DNA of 62,530 bases, filler included, from Vannella sp. (Eukaryota): NCBI GenBank assembly GCA_023345925.1. It is 4 parts of 4 records of this genome, joined end to end, with 100 filler letters (N's around TTAATTAATTAA, not from the genome) between each part and the next. Parts side by side here need not be neighbours in the genome. Positions count along the whole stretch, not along the records: positions 23,883 to 49,353 come from JAJQQN010000127.1; 3 more parts are not named here. One strand, written 5' to 3'. Shown one piece after another: positions 35,596-47,800 of the stretch (within the stretch, counting starts at the first letter, position 1; every line of letters starts with the position of its first letter). The notes under the pieces are model-generated. The model saw nothing but the letters and a program-made list of their open reading frames with translations. It was not told the DNA's origin and did no database searches. The position numbers were made by a program, and so were the translations under genes.

Positions 35596-35790
35596 GGCAA
35601 CCTCCCAAGGCCCAACAAAGAATGATCTCCTCAAGCCATTTCCCATCCTAATGTCTTTCTTTATGAAGAAGAGGTCTCAAAAGGAGGTAAGGGCGAAGAA
35701 AGCTCCACGCTAGAGGCACTTGGAGACTTCATCTTCCCACTCGGGAGCTGTTTCAGGCTGGTCTCGAGGGTGATGCACGTTAGCTTGGTC

Positions 35791-36246
35791 CTATAGACGA
35801 GAGTCAGTTCCTTGAGACCTCTCTACAGTACTAAGGAAATGCCCCGCCCCGCAGGCGAGAGTGGAGGTGAACTCGCGCTGGCAAGCATCAAGAGCGCCTT
35901 CTCCATGGCGGTCAAAACACGATTCAAATGAAGAGAACTGTTGCGAGCAAGCTTGCTCGGCGATAGCCCCGAGATGCCGCGTCGCCACCGTGTGGTCAAC
36001 ATTTCGCATGCAACGAGCGAGAGACTCGACGGAGGAAGCACAGACAGAGCGTAAGCGTTGCTCGTCGCCTTCATGGACGTTGTTCTGCTTCGCACAACTC
36101 CGTAGAGATGAGACTTGTGTCTCGCACGAGCTTATCTCTAAGATACGGAGGGCCAACTTGATCTTCTCTTCCTCCTCCTTCTCTGTAGAGAAACTTGGTG
36201 CAGGCGGAGATGCAGGAGCGGATGGTTTCTCTCCAAAGCCGAACAT
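35791..36246 (-). CDS. Four-CX9C protein, paralog 3
   Basis: CETQVSSLRSC, CASSVESLARC, CSQQFSSFESC, CQREFTSTLAC. Confidence 0.8.
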   Translation of the reverse strand: MFGFGEKPSAPASPPAPSFSTEKEEEEKIKLALRILEISSCETQVSSLRSCAKQNNVHEGDEQRLRSVCASSVESLARCMRNVDHTVATRHLGAIAEQACSQQFSSFESCFDRHGEGALDACQREFTSTLACGAGHFLSTVERSQGTDSRL

Positions 36247-36818
36247 GGCAGCCCCTAAAGGTCCAGAAACGAATGGCAACACCTCGTGACTTGCGAAGAC
36301 AGCGACCCGGTCGTGGTAAAGATGTTGACTTCAATAGAGCGTACTGTCAGGCCAAAGGGGCGCTATGTGAAGTAGTAAGAAGCCCCGCCGCAGGCTCCAC
36401 ACTGCTCTTCTTCCAGTCATTAAGCAAGTCGATGCATCGTACATGACGCCTTCATAGAAGCCTCTCTCACGAACGACCCATCTTGATGAGACTAGCGCCC
36501 TCCACTCTTTGGGGGGTTCCTGCAGGGACTGTTGGTCACAACACCAGCCTAGAGCATCAAAGAAAGAGCTTCCTCCTCGCCCACATGGCAAAGAGCCAAG
36601 GCAGACAGAGAATGAGAACTCTCTGACGGGAGGAAGTGTCCTGTTCTCTCCTTGGTTGGTACGGGACGCCGTTTGAGGTTGCCTGTTCGTCTGGGACACG
36701 ACAAATGAACGGTTTTGAGCTCTTGGAACCAGTTTCTCTTGTCGGTGGGACCGTCGTGTCTCGGCGCCCGTTTACTTTGCCGTTGATTGAGTCTGGACAA
36801 GAGGGTGTGGGTTTGGGA

Positions 36819-39800
36819 ATGAAACGTACAGGTGACGTGATGCAGACAGGAGGGGGACCGCTGCGCAGTGCGCAGTGTTCAGTTCACACCATTGTGGGTG
36901 AGGTTCAGTCTGTCATTGCTACTATGCGCAACAACAACCGCTTCTCAACATTGGCAACGAGGGAGAGCCCTCTTCTGCGGGAGTTCAAGCAATTACGCTC
37001 CTTCCTTCGCCCTTCGACTGGTGAGTTCACCTCCCTTCCCTTTACCACACTCCAGCGGGCCTCAACGCCCCCTTTGCCCTTCAAAACGTGTCCATGACTT
37101 CTGTACTGATCTTCTGATGATGCTAGACGTGAGCAAGCTCGACCCAATGGTGTACTTGAAGCCCTTCTTGAACGTTATCCACTCCGAGGAGATCAGCGGG
37201 CCGATCACTGGTGCTGCATTGAGTTCGGTGGACAAGTTCCTAACTTATGGGTTCCTTCGTAAGAGCACTCGCTTCATTAGACGTGAACCAGAGAGTTCTG
37301 ATGCTTTTGGCTGGGCAGGAGACTCTCCAGAGGGATCCAAGGCGATGAAGAAGATCGCTGACACCGTTGTTCACTGTAGGTTTGAAGCTACAAGTCTTGA
37401 GGGCGATGACGTGGTGCTGATGAAGATCCTCCGCGTTCTCCTCGCTTGTTTGAGCTGCCCTGCTGGCGGGCTCCTCTCTGATGATAGCGTGTTTGAGATG
37501 CTAAGCATATGCTTCCGTATGAGTCGTGGCCGCCTCTCGGAGCTACTGAAGAAGACAGCAGAGCGTACTTTGATGGAAATCGTTCACATTGTCTTCCTCG
37601 TCAAGAACGTCCACGGAAAGTCGTATCTCTTTGATCAGAAACCCACTATAGACCAACCACAAAGTCCTCTGCCCTCCCGCGCAGCAATAGAGGGACCTAC
37701 CAGCCCCCAAGCCCCCACAGAGGAGAGGAAAGATTACATCAACCCCCGTGGGGTGCGCTTCCAACGGATCGAACCTGGCGTCCCTGCAGAGACACCAACA
37801 CCACAAGATCCACCCAAACGCTCCGCAGGACCCCTCGCCTCGGCACCAGAACTGAACGAGCTGATCCCCAAACCCTACGGCATTGGCTGTTTGACCAAGA
37901 CCTTCAAGTTCCTGGTGGAACTAACCGAGCCAGCGGATGAGAACGTCCCTGAGAGCCTCAAACAGACCAGCCTTCAGTTGATCAACACGATTGTCGAGAC
38001 GCAATCCGCTCTCCTCGAGCGGATTCCCGCGCTTTTGGTCCTCCTTTGCAACGACCTTTGCCAGTCGCTCTTGCAGAGCCTTCAGACGGATAACCTGGAC
38101 CGCCTGAACCTGATCATGCGCCTCTTCTTCAACATGTACATCTCTCTTCGTGTGCACCTGAAGATGCAGTTTGAGGTGTTCTTTAACAACCTTTTGCTGT
38201 TTATCTTGCACGCTTCCAAGTTCGTGCCGTTCGAGAAACAGGAAATAGTTCTCGAAAATCTTGTTCAGTTCTTCTACCAGCCTTCTTTTGCTGCGGACTT
38301 GTTCGCTAACTACGATTGTCATGTTCATTGTTCGAATATGCTCGAGCGGTACACTGCCTTCCTGTACAAGAGTGCGTATCCAATCAATGGAGCTTTGTAT
38401 TCCATTCAATTACTGGCTTTTGAGTGTCTTCAGGCTTTGGTGGAGACTATTGCAGCACGCTGTAGTCCGGCTGCGGTAAGTGAGGTTTCTACTAAGGAGG
38501 AAGTGGACCAGTTGCTTCGGCAACGGGCAAGCAAGTCCATCCTTGAAGAGGCTGCCACAGCGTTCAACGAGAAGCCCGCCAGGGGAATAGCTTTCATGGT
38601 TGAGAAGCTTCTTCTGCCTTCCGAGTATGGGCACGAGGACATCGCCAAGTTCCTGCGCTCCACACCAGGGCTGGATAAGAAGGTTATGGGTGATTACATT
38701 GGCAAGCAGGAGAGAGACTTTATCAAGGCCTTTGTCGAGACATTTGACTTTGCAGAGATGGACTATGTCAATGCCATGCGGTTCTTCTTGACCTCCTTTG
38801 TGATGAGCGGCGAGGCACAGATTATTGATCGGACTGTGGAGTGCTTCGCTCACCATTGGTACTCTTTGAATGCTGAGAACATCTTCTCTTCTCCCGATGT
38901 GGCTTATGTCCTGTGCTTTTCCATTATCATGCTCAACGTGGACGCTCACAATCCTGGCGTTAAGGTGAAGATGACCGAAGACGAATACATTCACCGACTC
39001 CGCGGTATTGACGACGGCAAAGATCTCCCCCAGGGATTCCTGAAGGAGGTCTATCGGAGCATAACTCAGCATGTACGCGGCTATTTTCTTATCACTTGCA
39101 GTGAACTCACACCCGTTTAGGAGATCAAGATTGTTGACGATGTTCCCAGCGGCGAGATAACAGACGTCAAGTGGGGAGCTCTTCTACGAAGGATTTCACG
39201 AGTTGGTGCTTACCGAACGGTTCCTGGCAACCAATTGGACAAAGAGATATTCTCCTTAGTTTGCCGTAACATCGTTGCTGCGCTATCAATTGGTAAGCGC
39301 TTGCTTGTTGGATTGTTTGCTCTCGCTCACCTCATTCGGCAGTATTTGAATCTGGGACGGACAGTGAGACTTTAGAGCAGGCTTTGAAGATGTTTGGGGA
39401 TTGTGCCCATATCGCTAGTGCCTACGAGCTATCCACTGTGTCAGATAACTTGATTATTCAACTTTGTAACTTCACTGCGTTACTTGACAGCAAGAAGACA
39501 AGAACACTGCCTCCCCGCAAGAGATTAGTCCGTTTCGGATTCGACCCGAAGGCCCACCTGGCTGCTGCATGCTTGTTTAGGTTGGTCTCCCGCCACGGCG
39601 CGATATTGCGGGAATCTTGGCGCCATGTGGTCCGGTGTATCCTTTCCCTCAATGAGATGGAGCTTCTAGGCAACTTGGTAGACGGAGAACCGTTTGAAGG
39701 GAGAAAGAAGGTCGCTGTCAAGCCCAAAATCAATAATGGACAGTCCTCTGGCTTACTGAGTTTCATTCCTGGCTGGTGGGGCGGTGGCAGTGAGCCAGTG

Positions 39801-41631
39801 GAAGAGGAAGTGGACCCAGAAGAACTGGAAGCCGAGTCTCGCGCCAAGCAGGCAATATCTCAGTGCCCCATCCGCGCTGTCATCGAAGGGACGGGGAAAT
39901 TACAATCAGACAGCCTCGTTTACCTCATCAAAGCGCTGATAATCGATTCCTCTACAGGACCCAATCCCGGGAACATGACCGCTGCCAGTGAAGCGGACGC
40001 CAGCTTCTGCTTGGAACTGCTCACCAAAATAGTTCTCCTCAACTCAGAAAGGATCAACTTTGTGTGGGTTCTCGTCGCTGACCACTTTGCCAACATCGTT
40101 CAGATGGCCAAGAGCCCTTCAGAGTTTGTAGAGAAAGCGATTGTCTGTTTGCTTCTCTTGTGTGTCACTCTGGCTCCGCGAAAGGAGATCTCTGTGCATG
40201 TATTCCATACTTTGGAGCTCTTTTTGAAGCTCGAGCCAGCTGTTGCGACAGCTATGGCAGAGAGTACTATCATAGCCATCACTCGCTTGCTACAATCTCC
40301 TGAGGAGTGCATTCAGACACCCTCTGCTTGGACAGTGACATTGGGCATTGTTGAACGCTGCGCTAACTCTGCTCAGGCCCATCAGCGAGGCTTCCACGCC
40401 CTTTCGAGCCTCTTACGAACTGATTTGTCCCCTCCTGAGGGTCCAGCTCTCCAAGTGAATGCTTTCCGACCCTACATGAGGGCAGTTTTAGCTTACGTGA
40501 GTGTTATTGACACCCGGCGCAGTCCCAAACCTTCTTCAGCTCCTCAGGAGATCCTCCCTCAAGCGGAGAATGTTCCTCCAGTATCTGTGCGGGCGATGAA
40601 TCTACTTTACGGGTTATACGAGGGCGCCTCTTCACTTCCAGAGCTGCGACAAGACTTGAAGAGCCGGGAGATTCACACAACCCCTCTTTGGAGGCAGTAT
40701 TGGACTCCCGTTTTCCTCTCGTTGATTAGACTATGTCGGGATCCTCGGAATGAAGTCAGAACGCACGCGATGACTCTTTTACAGCGAGCACTTCTCTCTC
40801 AACAGCTCGAGTTACTAACCCCGGAGGGCCTGCGGGTGTGCTTCGAAGACGTTATGTTCCCTCTCTTTGACACACTTCTTCAACCTTATCCTGCAGCTCA
40901 ATCGGAGGCTTCCCGCTTAGCTGTAGAGGAGACCAGAGTGAGAGGGCAGCAGTTGTTGTCAAAAAGCCTTCTCCAGTACTTGCACCAACTCACTCAGCTG
41001 TCTGACTTCCACACGAGTCTTTGGCCTCGCATTTTGTCTGTTCTGGAACAGTTCATGAGAGCAGACCGGATTGGACTGCTCAGCGAGTCCATCCCGGAAG
41101 CTTTAAAGAACATTCTGTTGGTCATGCTGCAGATGAACTTCTTTCATCCTTCCAACACCATTCTGGGCCACGACATTTGGACTGTCTCTTGGGCCATGAT
41201 TGACAACTTCTGTCCTGCTCTGAAACAGGATGAATCCTTCCTTTCCTCGCTTGCCACTTTCCGTAAGTCACTTCCTTGGTCTCTTCTCACCCACCGAAAC
41301 TCACGATCTTGCAGAGAGAACCCCTGCAGTGGCTCTTATGGCCAACCCAAGTGCACCTGAGTTGATTCGTCGTCTGGCGCAAGAAGCAGTTCGACCAAAG
41401 AAGGCGGAATCCAAGTCCAGGCTGGAGGGCGAGGAGGGTGACTTCTCACCCCCCAGTCCTCTTTTGTCCTCTGTCATCATGCCAGGAGGAGGTGGTGGTC
41501 AGCTCCACCGTGGAAGCGCTCCGTCCCTCCATGAATCCCTCAACGCAATCCCCAATCCTTCCCAAAGCTCCACTCCGGACACTTCTCGAAGAGCTTATGA
41601 CAGCCAACCGCAACTCCCGCATGACGTCTAA
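36819..41631 (+). CDS. GBF1: Large Sec7-domain ARF-GEF of the GBF1/GNOM/Gea class; multi-exon
   Basis: YLKPFLNVIHSEEISGPITGAALSSVDKFL (DCB), FANYDC (HUS box), SGEAQIIDR and IIMLNVDAHN (Sec7), CRDPRNEVRTHAMTLLQRALL (HDS3). Confidence 0.92.
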
Positions 41632-41689
41632 ACATGATTTCCTCTTCGGATGCTTCTTTAGATATGATACAAGTGCCTCTGGGACGCCA

Positions 41690-42838
41690 TTAAGTGTCAA
41701 AATGCTCGTGGAAGAGACGAAGGAACATGGCAAGGCAGATGGGAACGGCGCCTTCCACTTGAATCCAATCGCCTCCCATTCCGTCTTTCCGGGCCAGAAA
41801 GGTGCGCGTGAACTTCCAAGCGTTGCAGTTGTCCCCCACGAATGCGTTGCTTCGAACCAAGTGGAACTCAGAGAGTGATTCGTTCCAGTTGTAGCAGCGC
41901 GTGGCTGTTTGGCGACGAGAACGTTCGCTTTGTTCAGGAGCGGGTCCACTTTCGTACCAGAATGCATTAATGCCGTCCCATTCCCCGCAGTTTTGGATGT
42001 CAGCTCCCTCCGGATGTAAGTATTGGCCATCAAAGTGGAAGGCAGCTTTGGCTAGAGCCTTGTTCGGGGTCATAACACAGCTCAATCGACCTGATTGACC
42101 CAAATAGCTCCATTCCTCGTTGTCCCCGATCTTAATGGAGCCTCCTTCATACGCTTGGAGGTAGCGTTCACGTAAGAACAGTGACTTTTCTGCAGGAAGA
42201 AGCAGAGAAGCAGAGTAGAGCGTGGCCAGGAGCCCATCCACGCACAAGATCCATTGTAGGAACTCACTTTTCTCTGCAAACCTGATCCAGATGCGCGTGA
42301 GGTTCTGTGTACACAATAGCAATGTTCTATCAGAAGCAGCTGCTCTATCCTTGGCCCGCTTTAGAGACTCGACAAAGGGAGAGCCCGTTGGCATGCACTT
42401 CAGTGCAGCAACAGGCTGCTCTACTTGGATCATGCAGAGTTCTTTGAGGTTGTAGATGATCTCTTTCTTCGTTCCCGTGTCCAGCAGGATCCCATACGCG
42501 TAGAGAGCGACCGAACGGGACTTGAAAGACGACTTCTTCTTTTGAGGTTCTGCCACTGCCACTTGCACGCTGGGCACCAGCAAGAAGAGAGAAGTGGCCT
42601 TCAGACTCTCTGCAGTATATGTTGGATGCACAATCACCGCCTCCGCCTTCCCAGGCACAATAGAGTCAGTTACGACCTGGTTGGTGCCGCTCTTGCTCCT
42701 AACAACCTTTGGAGAGGGCGTAGCTGGGTCCAGAGCCGCTACACTTGGTCGAAAGCTCACTTCACTATGAGAAGGACCAACAGTAACCGTGCTGCTGCGA
42801 TAACGACCTCGCGGCATCATGCACGCGGGCTCTTCCAT
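41690..42838 (-). CDS. Hypothetical protein with a possible PH-like domain and Trp/Gly-rich beta region
   Basis: 382-aa open frame; IWIRFAEKSEFLQWILCV resembles the end of a PH domain. Confidence 0.6.
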   Translation of the reverse strand: MEEPACMMPRGRYRSSTVTVGPSHSEVSFRPSVAALDPATPSPKVVRSKSGTNQVVTDSIVPGKAEAVIVHPTYTAESLKATSLFLLVPSVQVAVAEPQKKKSSFKSRSVALYAYGILLDTGTKKEIIYNLKELCMIQVEQPVAALKCMPTGSPFVESLKRAKDRAAASDRTLLLCTQNLTRIWIRFAEKSEFLQWILCVDGLLATLYSASLLLPAEKSLFLRERYLQAYEGGSIKIGDNEEWSYLGQSGRLSCVMTPNKALAKAAFHFDGQYLHPEGADIQNCGEWDGINAFWYESGPAPEQSERSRRQTATRCYNWNESLSEFHLVRSNAFVGDNCNAWKFTRTFLARKDGMGGDWIQVEGAVPICLAMFLRLFHEHFDT

Positions 42839-42923
42839 CCGCGAAGGGCAAGAAAAAGTGGGCGGAGAGGAGCTTTGGGAAGTTTAGTATCTACACAAGG
42901 AAGCCTTGCTACGGTGGTTCAAG

Positions 42924-44540
42924 CTAACGAGGACGAGGACGGAAGTTGCTCCCGCTGGAGAAGAGGGCGCGAGGTGGCAACTCTTCGTCGTCGTGGGCGC
43001 TGACGAGGATGATGGGGGAGGACTGGGAGGATAGGACAGCATGTACATCCATTGTATCTGTCAGTTCCACTACCCTGGAGTCTCGGAGAGAGTACAGGTG
43101 GCGAATGGTACCCCGGTGACGACCTGCGATGCCGCCCTCTTCGCGATCTTGTTCTATACGCAATGTGAGCTGGTCAATGCTTATGGAACGATCACAAGCA
43201 AGTTGGTAAAGCTTAGTGCTCTCTAAGGTGAGCTTGGAGGTGAGGAACTGGTAACTTATAGCGAATGGTGCATTGAGGAGGGTCGTCACCGTCTGGCATT
43301 GAGCCAAGGGACCATGAAGAGTCTGGCGAGTACGGATAGGACTTCCTGATGGTCCAGTGTCTGCTCTGCGTACTGTGTACGCCTCAGGTACGACAGGGGA
43401 AGGAGAAATCTCTCCGACGGTGAACGTCATGGCTGGAAGAGACCACGCTCGCACCGCAGTTGGATCATTAGAGGCATACCGGGGCGACTTCTTGGCAGGA
43501 CTAGTTCGGGACGAGGTTGGTTGAGGGCGCTTCTTCAAAGGGGAGGCAGAAGGAGACACTGCCGAGGCAAGAACGAACTCCATCTCGCCGTTTGCTCCAG
43601 TGATAGCCGCTGTCTGCTTGATAGTCACTGCCTTAGTCCCTGTCTGAGACGATGACTTGGCAAAGATGTCCCCTGCGAGCTGGAGCAGCTGCAAAGCGCG
43701 ATGCGCTCCGAACCCAAGTTGCAGTGCGAGGTCAAACCAGTAGTCCTGGTCTGGCTGAGGGGTGAGAGAGTACACCTGCATGAACTTGATGTGCGCAGGG
43801 GTGAAGAGGGCCAAGTGCTTCTTGCACTTCATGCGAGGATTGTTGAACATGAAGAGATCGCTCTCTCCTGTGAACACCGGGGCGCCTTGATAGAGCAGAG
43901 TAGCTTGCAGACGGAACCAACCTTCCTCTCGGTTCTTGAAGGTGAAGCAGCCCACGTGGGAGAAGGGGAAAGGCGCGTCCCGGTCGGGAAGAGTGTGCTG
44001 AAGGATGCTCAGTTGGTCGGGCTTTCCTTGTTGTGGGTGAAGAGGGAAGGCATTGTCTGCTCTCACTTGAAACTGGAAGGCCAGAGCGCCTTCTGGCAAG
44101 TCGAAAAGATCCGACGCCAGAAATACGTGCTCGACAGCTACCTTTTGGTCTTTTGCGTACATTAAGCATCGTAGGCCCTCAGGGGAGAGTGCAGGGTCTT
44201 CTATGTAGTCTTCTACCAGCACAAGGACATCGGGAAGGGTGCGATGGGCCTTCACCACGCTTCTGGTGGTCCAAGTGAAGGTCGGGGCTGCAAAGTGGAC
44301 ACGGACGTAGTTCTGTTGGCTCTCTTCGCAGTAGATCCAGAACTGCTGAGGCTTCCTCTTCCCCTTCTTGTGCGTCCACTCCAATTGAAAGCTGGGTACG
44401 ACCACCGGGAGTGGAAGAAAGTCTCTGGCACGTTCTCCATGCTCCAGCAAGTTCTGCGCGAAGCTCGACTCCTTTCCATTCTCCCCATACAGAAGAGAGA
44501 ACACCTCATCAACGCGAGGCTCGTCCAAAGGCAGAATCAT
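42924..44540 (-). CDS. Hypothetical protein (538 aa): beta-rich N-terminal domain, Ser/Pro-rich linker with basic motif, compact C-terminal domain
   Basis: Long intronless ORF filling the gap between two genes; no family recognised with certainty. Confidence 0.7.
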   Translation of the reverse strand: MILPLDEPRVDEVFSLLYGENGKESSFAQNLLEHGERARDFLPLPVVVPSFQLEWTHKKGKRKPQQFWIYCEESQQNYVRVHFAAPTFTWTTRSVVKAHRTLPDVLVLVEDYIEDPALSPEGLRCLMYAKDQKVAVEHVFLASDLFDLPEGALAFQFQVRADNAFPLHPQQGKPDQLSILQHTLPDRDAPFPFSHVGCFTFKNREEGWFRLQATLLYQGAPVFTGESDLFMFNNPRMKCKKHLALFTPAHIKFMQVYSLTPQPDQDYWFDLALQLGFGAHRALQLLQLAGDIFAKSSSQTGTKAVTIKQTAAITGANGEMEFVLASAVSPSASPLKKRPQPTSSRTSPAKKSPRYASNDPTAVRAWSLPAMTFTVGEISPSPVVPEAYTVRRADTGPSGSPIRTRQTLHGPLAQCQTVTTLLNAPFAISYQFLTSKLTLESTKLYQLACDRSISIDQLTLRIEQDREEGGIAGRHRGTIRHLYSLRDSRVVELTDTMDVHAVLSSQSSPIILVSAHDDEELPPRALFSSGSNFRPRPR

Positions 44541-44862
44541 CCTCCTCCAAGTTCCGCTATGAAAATGGCCTCTTTGGGGAGAGATTTCCTTTTAAAGAAG
44601 ATTTACTGGAATTAATTGAACGACAACACCAAGCCAGAATTACCCTCTACCTTGGGCCTCAACTCTCTAGGCCTCATGATTTGAAGCCGAAAGCAATTTC
44701 GCCAACTTGTCTGGATTTTTCTTCTGGTGCCACCAAGTTTCCTGTCCGGTGGAACCTTTCACAGGCTTAGGAGGAAAGGTTCCTCTGTTGTTGATGGCCG
44801 CTCCATCGGCTCACTGAGGTGCAAAGGGAAAGCAGGGGAACAGTATTGCCTTTGGGTTTGCT

Positions 44863-47800
44863 TCAGCTGTTTAGTTTCGGAGATTCGGTGGGGAAGGAGA
44901 GGAACTTGATGGCGCGTTGGCCTCCAACGAGGAGATCGCTTTCGGGTGTTAAGCGGAGGCATAAGACGGGGGAAAGTGGGAATACTTCCAGTCGCCGTAG
45001 TTCCTGATGGGTGAATAAATCCCAAAGCACTACAAACCCGGATGCAAGCCCTGCAGCAAAGAGATCTTCTCCTGTGTCCAAACAGAGCACAGCTGCGCCA
45101 AGTTCTTTTTTCTCAACGCAGCTGCATTTCTCTACGTCCCAGCTTTGGACTGTTCCATCAGCTCCTCCGCTGAAGATCTGGCCAGTAGTCCGATTCACTG
45201 CCAACGCATTGATGTTCTCTTCGTGTCCCCGCAAGGAGACAAGGCATTCCATTTTCTCTAAATCCCACAGCCTTAAAGATCCATCTTTCATACCACTAAC
45301 AAGAGTTTTGTCGTTATAGAGAGCTAATGCAGTGATGCTGTGGCCATACTCATTGAGTTGGCTGGACTCAAGCGTGTCTCGGCTCCAAACGTGAATAGCA
45401 CCTTCAGAGGTTCCAGTTACAAAGCGGCTGCCGTCTCCAAAGATTGCCAGGCAAGAGAAGGTTTGTTTCTCTTGCTTGGGAACAATTTGAACACATTTCC
45501 TTGTCTTTTGATCCCAAATTCGGATCGATTGATCCTCGCTGCAACTGATAGCTTGCTCACCAAAGGAGGTAATCCCCGTAATCGTTCCGCTGTGACTGGT
45601 GATTGACTTGAGGCGCTTTGACTTGGATTTGAATGGCCAAAATCGTAAGCGTCGGTCAATACCCCCGCTTATGGCAACATCCTCCGAGAGGGATAGACAA
45701 GTGACAGCTTTTTTGCACTTCAGCTGCTTAATAGCAGCTTCCAACCCTATGCGATCGGTTGTGGTAGAGTGGCGATACAACGAAGTCTGCCAATCTACCT
45801 TTGGAAAGTCTCCTGCCAATTGGCCCCATCTGAAGATACACTTTGCTTTCTATGGAGCCTATGAGAACGAGTGCACTGAGGCGTGACAAACTTACCCAAA
45901 AAGAGGTGTGAGAGGAGATGTGGTGCCACGCCTTGCACACTAAGGCGATACGGGCCAGGTCACAGACAGGAAGATAGTTGAAAATGTGGCGGGTGAGCTT
46001 TCCAGGAAGGAAGAGAATAGAGAGTTGAATTAACATTGGCGTCTTAATCGATTCCACCGTGGCAATCTGTGAGAAGTGTTCTTCACTGGATATGGGCGTT
46101 GTGTTCAAAGCAAACGGATGAGAGAGAAGAGTGTTGGCGTCCGGTCTCAGCGTTGGATCACGCACAAAGCAACATCTTAGAAAGTCCTTTGCTTCTTCTG
46201 AGATCTCTTCCGGGAAGGGAGGAGGGTCTTGAGTTGTTCCAATAAAAAACATCGCAGCAGTAGCTTCACTAAAGTGCGAAAAAGGCGGCTTCCCAGTTAA
46301 CATCTCAATAATTGTGGCTCCAAGACTCCAAATATCTGCGGTTCGACCGTATCCAGTTCCCCTTATCACCTCTGGGGCCATCCAATAGGGAGTCTAAAAC
46401 AATGAGTCTCGTTGATACACCAAGAAGAGTCTTACCCCACGAACGGAGACGTTATTTCCTGTCTGGGAAATCACTTCTTCGTACAACTTGGAGCAGCCAA
46501 AGTCGGCCAGTTTAATACTCCCTCGAGTATCGACCAAAATATTCGCGCCTTTGATATCACGGTGGATGGCGCGGTTGCTATGAAGGTACTGAAGCCCTTC
46601 TAATATCTGTTTCGTGTAAACACGAACTATCGGCTCTGTTAGAGGACCAAATGTCGTCAATATCTTCCGAATAGAACCTCCAGAAACGTATCTTTGCCCC
46701 TCTATCAGTACGAATCGCTTCACCAATGAACAAGACTCACTCTAAGAAGATACTAATAACGTTCCGTTCAATATGGGACCCGAGGTATTGTACAATGTGC
46801 TCGTGCTGAAGTCTCTTCATGATCTCAATCTCCCGTTTGGCCTCTTCCATCCGCTCAATAAGAACAGGATCCCCACCAGGGTCGGTAAACTCAATTTGCT
46901 TCACCGCAATGATTTCTCCCGTCTCCAGTAGCCCAAGGTAGACACTCCCAAAGCCTCCACACCCTAGCAGTTGGCCCTTCTTCCACGAAATGTTGTCCAT
47001 GCACGGATGATCCAACCGGGCTGGAGTGTTCGTTCGCGTGACCGGGGAGAAGGGAGAACCGAGAAGAGCTGGGGCTCTCGCATTGGCACTCTCTGTGACT
47101 GGGTCTCCTAAGATAGGAACGATCGATGTGACAGGCGGGCCTTGACCCCAGTGGCTGTTGACGTAATCGTCCCCCCTGTTGGGTGTTGCACTCAAGGGAT
47201 TGGAGGAGGAGCGAGCACGAGCTCCTCGCACTTGGTCACCAACACGCTTTTTGAACTCGGGAGATGTGCTTGCTTCACCTGGCCCGCGTAGCGTGGGAGA
47301 GGGAGAGTCATGAGAACCGGCGAGGTACTCTTGCAATGATACAGGCGGTGTCTTCAGAGTAGGAGCCTGTGAAGTGATTCCATTAGGACTGTGGTAATCA
47401 CGGAGGTAGTTTTGGTTCTCCCCAGACACCGTAGCGACAGAGTCTGAGGATGAGAAGGTCGTGGTGGGCAACCGTGGCTCGCCTCGGGCAAGGAATGACA
47501 CCTGTACAGGAGAGTGAAGTGGTGATGGTGTGTGGAGGGAGTTGGATGTCTTTCGGAGGAACAGCTTGAGAGTGTGAAGGAGTTGAGGGCGAGAGGCGAC
47601 CAAAGAGTAGTAGATGTCGAAGGCCTCTTGGAGATCTCCGTCATTCTCAACGGTAATCTTGTCCCCTTCATGGTCCTCAAACTTGTCAATGTCCGCATCA
47701 CAACCAAACTTCTTCCGAATGAGCGAGTGCAACTCGTCCTGCGAAGGGCGTTGAGGGAAGGACACCAAACGGACCTCCTCGTCCAAGAACATTTTGATTC

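Noticed and set aside
33556..36246. Bacterial contamination or a prophage/mobile island (run of intronless genes)
   Set aside because: Contiguous with intron-bearing eukaryotic genes, CX9C proteins are eukaryotic, and no integrase, transposase or terminal repeats were seen.
36290..36810. Short ORFs between CX9C paralog 3 and GBF1
   Set aside because: Several overlapping frames with no recognisable protein features; treated as a divergent promoter region.
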